Part shown: piece after piece, positions 14,701-28,830 of the stretch
Position numbering within the stretch: the stretch's first letter is position 1
Layout of the letters: each line of letters opens with the position of its first letter
Made by a program: the position numbers and the translations under genes
The notes under the pieces: model-generated
The model's input: the letters and a program-made list of their open reading frames with translations, nothing else
What the model was told of the DNA's origin: nothing
Databases searched by the model: none
Assembly: GCF_009914755.1 (NCBI RefSeq)
Contig: NC_060931.1
DNA from: the human T2T-CHM13v2.0 reference genome, Homo sapiens
DNA length: 64,000 bases
Reading direction: 5' to 3' (one strand)

Positions 14701-15560
14701 ATATAAAGACAGCACAATTATATGTTTGGTTGTAAGCATTTCCTTTTTCTAATTTAAACGAAAAGTGCATAAAATAATTATAAAACTGCATTGAAGGGCT
14801 TATAATGTATAAAGACATAATTTGTATGACCATAACAGCATAAAAATATGTGAGTGGGAATGGTGCTATAGTGAAACAAATTTGTTAATACTATTGAAAA
14901 TAAATTAATAGTAATCAGAAATGGATGTTTGAAGTTGCTAACCGAAATCCTCAGTGGGAAAAATACTGAGAAACAGAAAGGGAATAAAATGTTACACTAA
15001 AATATTTAACAAAAAAGAAAGTAGAAATAAAGGAATGGAGAAGAAAATAAAACAAAGGTGTAAAGGAAACAACTAGAAAAAAATGGCGGATGTAAAATCT
15101 AATTAATTAACTACATTAGTAAGTGATCCAAACACTTCAATCAAAAGGCAGAGATTGGCAGAATGGATAAAAAGCCATAATCTAACTATATGGTGTCTAC
15201 AAAAGGCACACTTTAGATTCAAAGACAAAAGATTGAAAGATGGAAAATATATAGCATGCAAATAGTAAACTAAAGAGAAATGGGATTATAACACTAACAT
15301 CAGGTGAGAAAGACTTAATGGCATTAATTGTTCTAGAGACAAAGACAGAAATTTTTAAAGGAAAAAAAGAGTGAATCTATCAGGAAACCATAACAAAAAA
15401 GGAAATAAACAGCAACCTTACTGGAAAGGAAGGAGCAAAATTACCTTTCTTCAGAGGTGACATTATCTTATATACAGAAATTCTGAAGGACCATACCATA
15501 AAAACTCGTACAACTAACAAATGAGTTTAACAAGTTTGTGAAATACAAGATAAATATACA

Positions 15561-15975
15561 TTATTATTAACTATAGTAACCTCCCACCCCTGATAACCAC
15601 CATGATAACCTGATAACCACCAATTTATTCTTACTGTGAGTTTGACTTTTGTTTTTGTTTTTTTTTTTTTTTAAGATTCCACATTAAAGTGGGGTCATGA
15701 AGTATTTATCTTCCTGTGTCTGGTTTATTTAAATTAGTATAATGTCCTCAATGTATCCTATACACAAAATTTTCTAGAAGAGTGAATCTCAAGTATTTTC
15801 ACCACAAAAAATAAAAAAGAGAAGGGAACTATGAGAAGTTGTGGAAATTTTAATTAGCTTGATTGTGGTAATCATTTCACAATGAATACATGCATCAAAA
15901 CATCATATTTTATACCTAAATATATAGCTTTTTTATTTGTCAATTATATGTCAATAAGATTGGGAAAAAATAACA
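15561..15975 (+). mobile_element. L1MA-type 3' insertion with 5' inversion
   Basis: 15561-15750 is antisense and 15751-15970 is sense L1MA 3'UTR; degenerate TSD aagataaatataca / aaaacaaatacaca. Confidence 0.7.
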
Positions 15976-17373
15976 TAGGTAAAAACAAATACACAAAAAT
16001 TAATTGTACATCTTTTCACAAGCAAGGAAGAAACTGAAGAAGAAATTAAGACATATTTTCAATAGAATAAAGGGGGCCGGGGCCAAGATGGTCTACGAGA
16101 AGCAGCAGCGATCAGAGGCTCCCATCGAAAAGAACCATATCAGCACGGGAACCCTGCACCAGCAACCGAGGTATCCAGGTTCTGTCATCAGAATTGACTA
16201 AGCAGCTGGCATGACCCACAGAGAGGAAGGAAGAGCAGTGTGGTGCGACAACCCACCTGAGAGCCACACTGGGCACGGAAGCCCCCACCCCCCAGCCAAG
16301 GAAGGCAGTGATTGAGTGTGCTACCCAGCCTGAGAAAACAGGCTTTTTCCATGGAACTGTGCAACTCATGAATCAGAAGTTCCCACTTGTGAGTCCATGT
16401 CACTGAGGCCTAGGGTCCCAACAGCCACGCAGCTAGAATCTGCTTAAGTCTGTGGAGCTCCCAGGGGGAGGGGCGACTAGCATCACAGCTGCAGCTGCCT
16501 GTTGTCTGAGCCATTTGAGCCTCTTCAGGGAGGGGCGACAGCCAACACTGGAACTGATAGTTGCCTAACACACTAAGCTCCCAGGGAAGGGGGAAGATGA
16601 CAGCCATCCCTGTTGCTCCAGGCTATGCTTTTCCCCTGCTGGAGCCAGAGAGGCTGACGGCTTGGTCCCAAGAGGTCTTCCCCACAGCCCAACACACCAG
16701 CTGTGGCAGACTGTGGCTGGAGTGCCTCTTCAGTCCTGATCCTGACCCATCCCTCCTCACTGGATGGGGTTTCCCTGCAGGAACTCCAACAACTCCAACC
16801 AGGGGCTCAGAAACAGAATGCTGATCTCCCTGGGCCTGAGCCCTAGAGGGAGGGGCGGCCACAGTCTCTGTGGACCAGCAGGCCTAGTCTTTCTGCCTGC
16901 TAGTTCTGAGGAATCCAGGTCACCCAGGCAAGTGGGTTTCCCCCGCAGAGAAGCATACCACCTCCACCAAGGGACAGTCGAAGTGCTTGGTTAAATGTGT
17001 CCTCCTCCCTGTGCCACCCAACTGGGTGAGACCATCCAACAGGGGTTGTCAGACGCCTATTCAGGTGTGTTCCTACTGGCATCAGGTCGGTGCCCTCGAG
17101 GCCAGAGATCCCAGAGGAAGGAGCAGTCACCCATCTTTGCTGTTCTCCAGCCTCCTCGAGTGACATCTCCAGGTACAGGAGTGAACCAGATGAATAGGGC
17201 CTTAAGTGAACACCCAGCAAACTGCAGCAGCCCTACAGAAGAGGGACCTGACCATTGAAAGAAAAACAAACAAGCAGAAAGCAATAACAACAGCATCAAC
17301 GAAAAAAGTCCCCACAAAATCCCCATCCAAGGATCAGCAGCCTCAAAGATCGATACTAGACAAACTCATGAAG

Positions 17374-18394
17374 ATGAGAAAGAATTAATGAAAAAAAGCT
17401 GAAAACTCAAAAGGCCAGAGTGCCTTTTCTCCTCCAAATGATCCCAACACCTCTCCAGCAAGGGTGCAGAATTGGACAGAGGATGAGATGGACAAATTGA
17501 CAGAAGTAGGCTTCAGTAGGTGGGTAATGACAAACTCCCCTGAGCTAAAGGAGCATGTTCTAACCCAATGCAAAGAAGCTAAGAACCTTGATAAAAGGTT
17601 ACAGGAGCTGCTAACTAGAATAACTACTTCAGAGAGGAACATAAATGACCTGATGGAGCTGAAAAACAGCACCAGAACTTTGTGAAGCATGCACAAGTAT
17701 CAATAGCTGAATCAACCAAGCAGAAGAAAGGATATCAGTGTTTGAAGACCATCTTGCTGAAATAAAGTACGCAGGCAAGATTAGAGAAAAAAAGACTCAA
17801 AAGGAATGAACAAAACCTCTGAGAAACATGGGACTAGGTAAAAAGACTGAACCTGCAATTGTTTGGAGTACCTGAAACAGATGGGGAGAATGGAACCAAG
17901 TTGGAAAACACACTTCAGGGTATTATCCAGGAGAACTTGCCCAACCTAGAAAGACAGGCCAACATTCAAATTCAGGAAATACAGAGAACACCACTAAGAT
18001 ACTCCATGAGAAGATCAAACCCAAGACACATAATCATCAGAATCTCCAAGGTCAAAATGAAGAAATAAATGTTAAGGGCAGCGAGAGAAAGGCCAGGTCA
18101 CCTACAAAGGGAAGCCCATCAGACTAACAGCGAACCTCTCAGCAGACACCCTACAAACCAGAAGAGAGTGGGGGCCAATATTCAACATTCTTAAAGAAAA
18201 GAATTTTCAACCCCGAGCTTCAAATCTATCCAAACTAAGCTTCAGAAGTGAAAGATAAATAGAATCCTTTCAAGACAAGCAAATGCTGAGGAATTTTGTC
18301 ACCACCAGGACTGCCTTGCAAGAGCTATTGAAGAAAACACTAAATATGGAAAGGAAAAACCAGTACTAGCCACTTCAAAAACACTAAACTATAA
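17374..18394 (+). pseudogene. L1 ORF1p (RNA-binding chaperone), disrupted
   Basis: Fragments ELKEHVLTQCKEAKNLDKRLQELLTRIT and GVPETDGENGTKLENTLQGIIQENLPNL; multiple stops and frameshifts. Confidence 0.9.
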
Positions 18395-18461
18395 AGACCA
18401 ATGACACGATGAAGAAACTGCATCAACTACTGTGCAAAAAAAAAAACCAAATAACGTCATG

Positions 18462-21400
18462 ATGACGGGATTAAATTCACACACAACATTACTAACCTTA
18501 AATGTAAATGGGTTATATGCCCCAAATAAAAGACACAGACCGGAAAATTGAATAAAGAGTCAAGACCTATTGATTGGTGTGATGTATTGAGGAGACACAT
18601 CTCACATGCAAAGATACACATAGGCTCAAAATAAAGGGGTGGAGCAAAATTTACCAAACAAATGGAAAGCAAAAAAAAAAAAAAAAAAAAAAAAAAAGCA
18701 GGGGTTGCAATCCTAGTCTCTGACAAAACAGACTTTAACCCAACAAAGATCGGAAAAGACAAAGAAAGGCATTACATAATGATAAAGGGATCAATTCAAC
18801 AAGAAGAGCTAACTATCCTAAATATATATGCACCTAATACAGGCGAAACCATATTCATAAAACAAGTTCTTACAGATCTACAAACTTAGACTCCCACACA
18901 ATAACAGTGGGAGATTTTAATGCCCTACTGTCAATATTAGACAGATCAACAAGACAGAAAATTAAAAAATAGATATTCAGGACTTGAACTCAGGTCTGGA
19001 TCAAGCAGACCTAATAGACATCTACAGAACTCCCACCCCAAAACAATGGCATATGCATTTTTCTCATGGCACTTATTCTAAAACTGACCACACAGCTGGA
19101 AGTAAAACACTCCTCAGCAAATGCAAAAGGACTGAAATCATAACAAACAGTCTCTCAGACCACAGTGCAATCAAATTAGACTCAGGATTAGGAAACTCAC
19201 TCAAAACCACATGACTACATGGAAGTTAAACAACCTGCTCCTGAATGGCTCCTGGGTAAATAATGAAATTAAGGCAGAAATCAAGAATTTATTTGAAACC
19301 AATGAGAGTAGAGACAACGTACCAGAATCTCTGGGACACAGCTAAAGGAGTGCTGAGAGGGAAATTTATAGCAGTAAATGCCAACATCAGGAAACTAGAA
19401 AAATCTCAAATCGATACCCTAACATCACAATTAAAAGAGCTAGAGAAACAAGAGCAAACAAATCCAAAAGCTAGCAGAAGACAAGAAATAACTAAGATCA
19501 GAGCAGACTGAAAGAGATAGAGACACAAAAAACTCTTCAAAAAATCAATGAATCCAGGAGCTGATGTTTTGAAAAAATTAACAAAATAGACTGCTAGCTA
19601 GGCTAATAAAGAAGAAAAGAGATAAGATTCAAATAGACACAATATAAAATGATAAAGGGAATATCACACTGACCCCACAGAAATACAAACTACCATCAAA
19701 GATTACTATAAACAACTCTATGCAAATAAACTAGAAAATCTAGAAGAAATTGATAAATTCTTAGGCACATACACCCTCTCAAGACTAAACCAGGAGGAAG
19801 ATGAATTTTTGAATAAACCACTAACAAGTTCTGAAATTGAGGCAGTAATTAATAGACTACCAACCAAAAAAAGCCCAGGACCAGACAGATTCACAGTCGA
19901 TTTCTACCAGAGGTACAAAGAGGAGCTGGTATCACTCCTTCTTAAACTATTTCAAACAGTTAAAAGGAGGGACTCCTCCATAACTCACTTTATGAGGCCA
20001 GCATCATCCTGATAGCAAAACCTGGCCAAGACATAACAAAAAAAAAGAAAACTTAAGGCCAATATCCCTGATGAACATCGATGCAAAAATCCTCAATAAA
20101 ATACTGGCAAAGCAAATCCAGCGGCACATCTAAAAGCTTATCCACCACAATCAAGTTGGTTTCATCCCAAGGATGGGAGGCTGGTTCAATATACCCAAAT
20201 CAATAAACGTAGTCCATTATATAGACAGAACCAATGACAAAAACCATATGATCATCTCAATAGATGCAGAAAAGGCCTTTGATAAAATTCAACATCCATT
20301 CATGTTAAAAACTTTTAATAAACTAGGTATTTATGGAACCTATCTCAAAATAATAAGAGCTATTTATGACAAACCCACAGCCAATATCAAACTGAATGCA
20401 AAAAAGCTGGAAGTATTCCCTTTGAAAACTTGCACAAGACAAGGATGCCCTCTCTCACCACTTCTATTCAACATGGTATTGGAAGTTTTGGCCAGGGCAA
20501 TCAGGCAAGAGAAAGAAATAAAGGGTATTCAAATAGGAAGAGAGGAAGTCAAATTGTCTCTGTTTGCAGACAACGTGATTCAATATTTAGAAAACCCAAT
20601 CTTCTCTGCCCAAAAACTCCTCAAGATGATAAGCAAATTATGCAGTCTCAGGATACAAAATCAATGTGCAAAAATCACAAGCATTCCTATACACCAACAA
20701 TAAACAAGCATAGAACCAAATCATGAATAAGCTCTCATTCACAACTGCGACAAAAAGAATAAAATACCTAGGAATACAGCTAACAAGGGATGAGAAGGAC
20801 CTCTTCAAGGAGAACTGCAAACGACTGCTCAAGGAAATAAGAGAGGACACAAACAAATGGGAAAACATTCCATCCTCATTGACAGGAAGAATCAATATCG
20901 TGAAAATGGCCACACTTCTCAAAGTAATTTATAGATGCAATGCTATTCCCATCAAACTACGATTGACATTCTTCACAGAATTAGACAAAAATTATTTAAA
21001 TTTAATATGGAACCAAAAAAGAGCCCGTATAGCCAAGACAATCCTAAGCAAAAAGAATAAAGCTGGAGGCATCACACTACCTGACTTCAAACTGTAATAC
21101 AAGGCTACAGTAACCAAAACCGCATGGTACTGGTACCAAAACAGACATACAGACCACTGGAACAGAACAGAGACCTCAGAAATGACACTACATATCTACA
21201 ACCATCTGATCTTTAACAAATCTGACAAAAACAAGCAATGGGGAAAGGATTCCCTATTTAATAAACAGTACTGGGAAAACTGGCGAGCCATATGCAGAAA
21301 ACTGAAACAGTACCCATTCCTCACACTTTATATAAAAATGAACTTAAAATGGATTAAAGACTTAAATGTAAAACCCAAAACTGTAACAACCCTAGAAGAA

Positions 21401-22303
21401 AGCCTATGTAATAAGATTCAGGATATAGGCATGGGCAAATACTTCATGATGAAAATGCCAAAAGCAACTGCGACAAAAGCCAAAATTGACAAATGGGATC
21501 TAATTACACTAAAGAGCTTCTGCACAGCAAAAACAATACAAAACAAAACAAAAAGTATCATCAGAGTGAACAAGCAACCTACAAAATTAGAGATAATTTT
21601 TGCAATCTACCCATTTGATAAAGGTCTAATATCCAGAATTTACAAGGAACTTTAACAAATTTACAAGAAAAAAAAACCTCATCAAAAGGTGGACAAAAGA
21701 TATGAAAAGACACTTCTTAAAAGAAGACATTTATGTGGCCAAGAAATATATGAAAAAAGCTCAAGATCACTAATCATTAGATAAATGCAAATGAAAACAA
21801 CAATGAGATATCATTTCACACCTGTCAGAATGGCAATTATTAAAAAGTCAAGAAACAATAGATGCTCATGAGGCTGTGGAGAAATAGGAAGGCTTTCACA
21901 CCGTTGGTGGGAATGTAAATTAGTTCAACTATTGTGGAAGACAGTATGGTGATTCCTCAAGGATCTAGAACCAGAAATACCATTTAACCCAGTAATCCCA
22001 TTACTGGGTATGTACCCAAAGGAATATAAATCATTCTACTATAAAGACACATGCATACGTATGTTTGTTGCAGCATTATTTACATTAGCAAAGGCATGGA
22101 ACCCACCCAAATATCCATCAATGATAAACTGGATAAAGAAAATGTGGCACATATACACCATGGAATACTATACAGCCATAAAAAGGAATGAGATCATGTC
22201 CTTTGCAGGGACAGGAAAGAAGCTGGAAGCCATCATTCTCAGCAAACTAACACAGGAACAGAAAACCAAACACCACATGTTCTCACTCATAAGTGGAAGT
22301 TGA
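18462..22303 (+). pseudogene. L1 ORF2p (endonuclease/reverse transcriptase), disrupted
   Basis: Fragments [43 protein letters not shown]; catalytic FADD reads FADN; many stops and frameshifts. Confidence 0.93.
18671..18697. repeat. Poly(A) tract (27 nt) inside the L1 ORF2 endonuclease region
   Basis: Direct count. Confidence 0.9.
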
Positions 22304-23185
22304 ACAATGAGAACACATGGACACAGGGAGTAAAACAACACATACCAGGGCCAGATGGGGGTGGGAGGTGAAGGGAGGGAGAGCATTAGGACAAATAGCT
22401 AATGCATATGGGGCTTAAAACTTAGATGACAGGTTGGTAGGTGCAGCAAATCACCACGGCACACGTATACCTATGTAACAAACCTACACATTCTGCACTT
22501 TTATCCGGGAACTTAATGTAAAATAAAATTTGAAAAAGAATAAACTATTTGGTAATAAATTTAACAACAAGTTGCAAAATGTACACTAAAAACTACAAAG
22601 TGTTGTTGAATGAAATTATGGAAGACCACAATGAATAGAAAGAAATGTGCTTATGGAGTGGAAGATTCAGTATTACTGAGAGGGTAATACTTTGCAATTT
22701 GATCTACTCGCTCAATCTAGTCCCTATCGAAAACCCAGTTACTCTGTTTTTTTTTGTTTGTTTGTGTTCAGAATAGATAAGCTGATCCTGAAGTTCATAT
22801 GCAAGTGCAAGGAAATAAGAAGTCAAAATAATATTGAAAAAGAACAAACTTAAAGCATTCACACATCCTAACTACAAAACTTGCTAAAATCTATGGTAGT
22901 CAAGAGAGTGTGGTACTAAAATAAAGATAATTATGTGTATCATTGGAATAGAATGGAGAGTCCACAAATTAATTCTTACATTTATGATTAACAGATTTTA
23001 AACATGAGTGCCAAGAAAATTTAATGAGAAAAAAATAGTGTTGTCAACTTCATGGTGTCAGGAAAACTGGATGTCCATATGAGAAGAAAATAAAGTTAGG
23101 CCTCTATTTTACAGCACAAATAAAAATTGATTAAAAATTTATCATAGATTTAAATGTAAGAGTTATACCTATAAAACTTAGAAGA

Positions 23186-23500
<315 letters not shown>

Positions 23501-24814
23501 AAAACTTAGAAGAAAACAGGAATAAATCTTTGTGGCCTTAGATTTGTCAATGCTTTCTTATAGATAGCACCAAATATACAAGAAACCAAAGAAAAAATAT
23601 ACAATTTGTACTTTATCAAAATTAAAACCTTATACTTTAAAAGACATTATCAATAAAACAGAAAGTCAGCTCACAGAATGGAAAGCCATATTTACACATC
23701 ATATATGATAATATATTTGTATTCAAAATATATAAATTACATTTACAACTCAAAATAAAAAGTCAATTACCCAATAAAAACATGGTCAATTTGAGTACAT
23801 GTTTTTTCAAATAATTTATAAAAATGGCCAATAAGTACTCTAAAAGATGTTTGAAATCATTACTCATTAAAGAAATGAAATTCTAAACCATAAAGATTTT
23901 TGACTATGTTTTAATACCTTTATGATGGTTACTAACATTAAAAAAGAAAATAACAAGTGTGGTCAAGAATGTGAAATTATTGCTATTCCCATATATTGGT
24001 GGTGGGATTATAGAAAAATACAGCCAATTCAGAATACTGTTTGTTCTTATAAAGTTAAACATAAAATTACCATACAACTTAGTAATTCTACTCTTATGTG
24101 TATAACCAAAAAATGAAACACAAATATTGAAACAAAACCTAATATATTCATGTTAGTAGCAAAATTCACAATCACCAAAAGTAGAAATAGCACAAAAGTT
24201 CATCAACTAATCAATGGTTATATAAAATGTCAATGTTTTTACAGTGTAATTTTGGGAGGCATTAAAAATGAATGCAGTGCTGTTACACATAAAAACACGA
24301 ATGACATTGTTTATCCTAAATAAAGTAGCCACAAAAGGCCACATAGTGTATGATTCCATTTATAAAAATAACCTAAAATAGGTAAATTCAGAGTGTCACA
24401 AAGTAGATTAATGGCTGTCAGGACTTGGAGAAGACCGGTTGCATAATAACTGATTATTAGTTTTGGATTTCTTTTTGCGGTGATAATATTCTAAAGTTAG
24501 GGAGTTGTGATGGTTGCTATGTGAATAAACTGAAAACCACCTAAGTGTTCACTCTAGTTTACTGCTGTTAAAACTGTATCACTATTTTTGAAAGTTTTGT
24601 GAATAGCAGTTTGAAAACCTTTGACTATATTATTATTGGAAGGAAAGCATCTAAAATAATTATATCTATTTTCATTTGTAAAATATGCCCTAAAATAGTT
24701 AATTCATACTTGGTTATTTTGGTACTATATGTTTAATATCTGAATCAAAAGAAACCATATTACTTTCTGCTATGTTAAAATATGGCAAGTTTCAGTATGA
24801 ATTACTAAATTAAG

Positions 24815-25015
24815 CAATGGTGTACTGTTGCCAGCTTACATTGGCTTGTGAGAGCCAATTGTTACATTTTCAGGAGTTTTGTGAGCCATCTGATATCCCT
24901 GCAGCTTGCAATTGGCCATGGTGGTAGTATTTATTCCAAAGAAACCAACACAGATTACCAACAGGGGAGCCTTGCCCAGGGAGTTTGAAGTTAACCATTT
25001 ACTTGTACAGCACTG
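24815..25015 (+). mobile_element. MER63A-like hAT MITE
   Basis: TIRs caatggtgtac / gtacagcactg; internal gagagccaattgtta..ttttcagga and ttggccatggtgg. Confidence 0.75.
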
Positions 25016-25333
25016 ATTTTACTTGCTAAAGACAAGGTTAAGAAAATGAAAAGGCAAACCTTAGACAAGGAGAAAATACTTACAAAACATGTATCTAATG
25101 AAGACCTTTGTCCACAGCATACACAACTCATTTCCAATAAGCTAATAATCCAATAGAATGTTCTAAAAATTAGTTCATTCTAAATGATATATCCATTTGA
25201 CAGCAAATTTATGAACACATCTTATCTACATGGCATTATAGAAAACACTTTCACACACATTATCATGTGAATCCTGAAGAAAGGGAAATGAAAACAGTAC
25301 CGAAAAGAGAGGAGGGGTGGTGAAGAGACAGAG

Positions 25334-25334
25334 A

Positions 25335-25379
<45 letters not shown>
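25334..25379. repeat. Compound (CA)n(GA)n microsatellite
   Basis: Directly visible. Confidence 0.95.
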
Positions 25380-25386
<7 letters not shown>

Positions 25387-25420
25387 GGAAAGATGAATCC
25401 CCATGATAGATATGGTTTGG

Positions 25421-26760
25421 TTTTGTTTTATTATTATTTTTTAATTATACTTTAAGTTCTGGGATACATGTGCGGACCATGCAGGTTTGTTACGTAGGTA
25501 TACATGTACCATGGTGGTTTGCTGCACCCATCAGCCCATCATCTTCATCCGGTGTTTCTCCTAATGCAATCCCTTCCCTAGCCCCACACCCCCAGACAGG
25601 CCCCAGTGTGTGATATTCCCCTCCCTGTGTGCATATGTTCTCATTGTTCAGTTGCCACTTACGCGTGAGAACATGTGGGGTTTGGTTTTCTGTTCATGTG
25701 TTAGTTTGTTGAGAATGATAGTTTCCAGCTTCATCCATTTCCCTGCAAAGGACACGAACCCATCCTTTTTTATGGCTGCATAGTATTCCACGGCATATAT
25801 GTGCCAGATATTCTTTATCCAGTCTATCATTGATGGGCATTTGGGTTGGTTCCAAGTCTTTGCTATTGTGAACAGTGCTGCAATAAATATATGTGTGCAT
25901 GTGTCTTTATTGTAGAATGATTTATAATCCTTTGGGTATATACCCAGTAATGGAATGGCTGGGTCAAATAGTATTTCTGATTCTAGATCCTTGAGGAATC
26001 GCCACACTGTCTTCCACAATGGTTGAACTAATTTACACTCCCACCAACAGTGTAAAAGTGTTCCTATTTCTCCACATCCTCTCCAGCATCTGTTGTTCCC
26101 TGATATTTTTCTGACCACCATTCTAACTGGCGTGAGATTGCATCTCCTTGTGGTTTTGATTTGCATTTATTTAATGATCAGTGATGACTAGCTTTTTTTT
26201 CATATGTTGTTGTGTTCTTTTGAGAAGTATCTGTTCATATCCTTTGCCCACTTTTTCATGGGGTTATTTGTTTGTTTCTTGGAAATTTGTTAAAGTTCCT
26301 TGTAGATTCTGGACATTTGCACTTTGACAAATGGACAGATTGCAAAATTTTTTTCCCATTCTGTAGGTTGCCTGTTCACTCTGCTGATAGTTTGTTTTGC
26401 TGTGCAGAAGCTCTTTAGTTTAATTAGATCCAATTTGTCAATTTTGGCTTTGGTCGCCATTGCTTTTGGTGTTTTAGTCATGAAGTCTTTGCCCATGGCT
26501 ATGTCCTGAATGGTATTGCCTAGGTTTTCTTCTAGGGTTTTTATGGTTTTAGGTTTTACATTTAAGTCTTTAATCCATCTTGAGTTAATTTTTGTATAAG
26601 GTGTAAGAAAGGGGTCCAGTTTCAGTTTTGTGCATATGGCTAGCCAGTTTTTCCAACACCATTTATTAAATAGAGAATCTTTTCCCCATTGCTTGTTTTT
26701 GTCAGGTTCGTCAAAGATCAAATTGTTGTAGATGTGTGGCGCTATTTCTGAGTCCTCTGT
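25421..26760 (-). mobile_element. 5'-truncated L1PA (L1PA7/8-like)
   Basis: ttatactttaagttctgggatacatgtgc 3' end; minus-strand ORFs 25648-26166 and 26290-26760 translate to the ORF2 C-terminus. Confidence 0.95.
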
Positions 26761-26887
26761 GGTTCCGTTTTTTAAGGAAATTATCATCCAGGTGTAGTAA
26801 GTAACTTGCCCATCCAGTCTCTCAACTTTCTGCCTCCTTGAATTCTTGCTATAAAAGCATAGATTCAAAGTAATTGTGAAATAGTAG

Positions 26888-27317
<430 letters not shown>

Positions 27318-28200
27318 GGAAAGATCTTTGAATGTTGTTAACATGCATGGCTCATAGTCTTTACAGAGAGGCTATGGAATATTTCACTGAATACATTGCT
27401 TACAATGAAGAAATAAATGTAAGATTTGTAAGAATACTAAATTAATGAATAGGTTGGTAGTAAATTTTTCTTAATTTTTCTTCTTTAGTTTTGACAGTAT
27501 TTTTTCTTAGTTTAGTTTTAAATTCCAAACTTTTGAACTAATTCAACTTCAGAATGGAATTTCCATCAAGTTGGTAAAACATGTTGCAATCATTCAAGAG
27601 CTTTTAGATTTAAATTTTCTAACCTTGAGCAGATTCCAAATTTGCTTTTCAGCCAGAAAAGTCCTCTTAAATAAGACAGACCTGCAAAAATATTATCAAC
27701 TGCAAATTCAGTCTAGATGTAATTCACCTGTTCTATTCTTCACCGGACATTTCACCGCGGAAATTAATTGCCAAAGTGTATTTCTAGCACTCTTCTTACT
27801 TTTTGAAAATTCCCAAACAATTCCTGATATAGAAAAGACAGCATTCCGTTTTCTCTTTCAAATTTTAATGAAAAAAATTTACCAGGAGTAGTCAGTATCT
27901 AAGAAGTATAAGTATTAAAAATAGACATGTAATGTTTTGCATAATTTTGTTTGCCCCGATTTTATAATTGTTGCTATAATAACCTCAAAATATAAATACG
28001 CATCTATTCTGAAAAGGTAGAACAATTTAAGTAGTCATTCACTTCTCTTCCAGATTTTAGTAGCAAAAGCTTACTTGATCTTTAAAAAAAGTATGGTCAG
28101 TAATGTATATTCCACATAATTGCTATTACTATCTTCTTTTCACTTTGTTCAGTATTAACATTTGAAAATCTTTTAAAATTGGACTAATAATTTCGATGGC

Positions 28201-28566
28201 TGTATTAGTCTGTTCTCACACTGCTAATGAAGACATACCCAAGACTGGGTAATTTATATAGGAAAGAGGTTTAATGGACTCACAGTTCCACATGGCTGGG
28301 GAGGCCTCACAATCATGGCAAAAGATGAAGGAAGAGCACAAGGACTTCTTACATGGCAGCAGGCAAGAGAGGCTTTTGCTTGGGATCTCCCCTTTATAAA
28401 ACCATCATATCTTGTGAGACTTATTCTATAACACAACATCAGCACAGAAAAGACCCACCCTCATGATTCAATTACCTACCATTGGGTCCCCTCCCACAAC
28501 CTGTGGGAATTATGGGTGCTACAATTCAAGATGAGGTTTGGGTGGGGACACAGCCAAACCATATTA
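28201..28566 (-). mobile_element. THE1 (B-like) MaLR solo LTR
   Basis: tgtattagtctgttctcacactgcta...ggggacacagccaaaccatatta; TSD atggc/atggt. Confidence 0.93.
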
Positions 28567-28629
28567 ATGGTGTGTATCTCAAACTATATATTGTCTATCA
28601 ACAAAAAGGCAAGATTATTCAAGATATAA

Positions 28630-28830
28630 GCAGTATACTATAGAGAACATGGGCATGGTATTGGAATACCTTGCTGTTCAACACCTACTGGCTGTATGGC
28701 TGTGGACAGATTTATCTGGCCTTCTTTTCCTCATTTTAAAAATGAGAATAGATAAGATAACACATCTTAAAGTCTTTGGTATAATCAGGTATTATAGAAA
28801 ATGTGTTGCATTTGCTAAACAATAAACCAA
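28630..28830 (+). mobile_element. MIR fragment
   Basis: ctactggctgtatggctgtggacaga...ttttcctcattttaaaaatgag. Confidence 0.55.

Larger units (their letters stand above)
16072..22533 (+). mobile_element. Full-length LINE-1, L1PA10-like (L1PA8A-11 range), inactive
   Basis: 5' gggggccggggccaagatgg, ~1.3-kb 5'UTR, ORF1 and ORF2 remnants, 3'UTR ggacaaatagctaatgca...; TSD aa(t/a)agaataaa at 16061-16071 and 22534-22544. Confidence 0.95.

Noticed and set aside
16072-22533. Potentially active LINE-1
   Set aside because: Both ORFs have many stops and frameshifts, and the RT catalytic motif reads FADN.
25414-26772. TSD for the minus-strand L1PA (ggtttggttttg / ggttccgttttt)
   Set aside because: Too many mismatches in low-complexity sequence to call.
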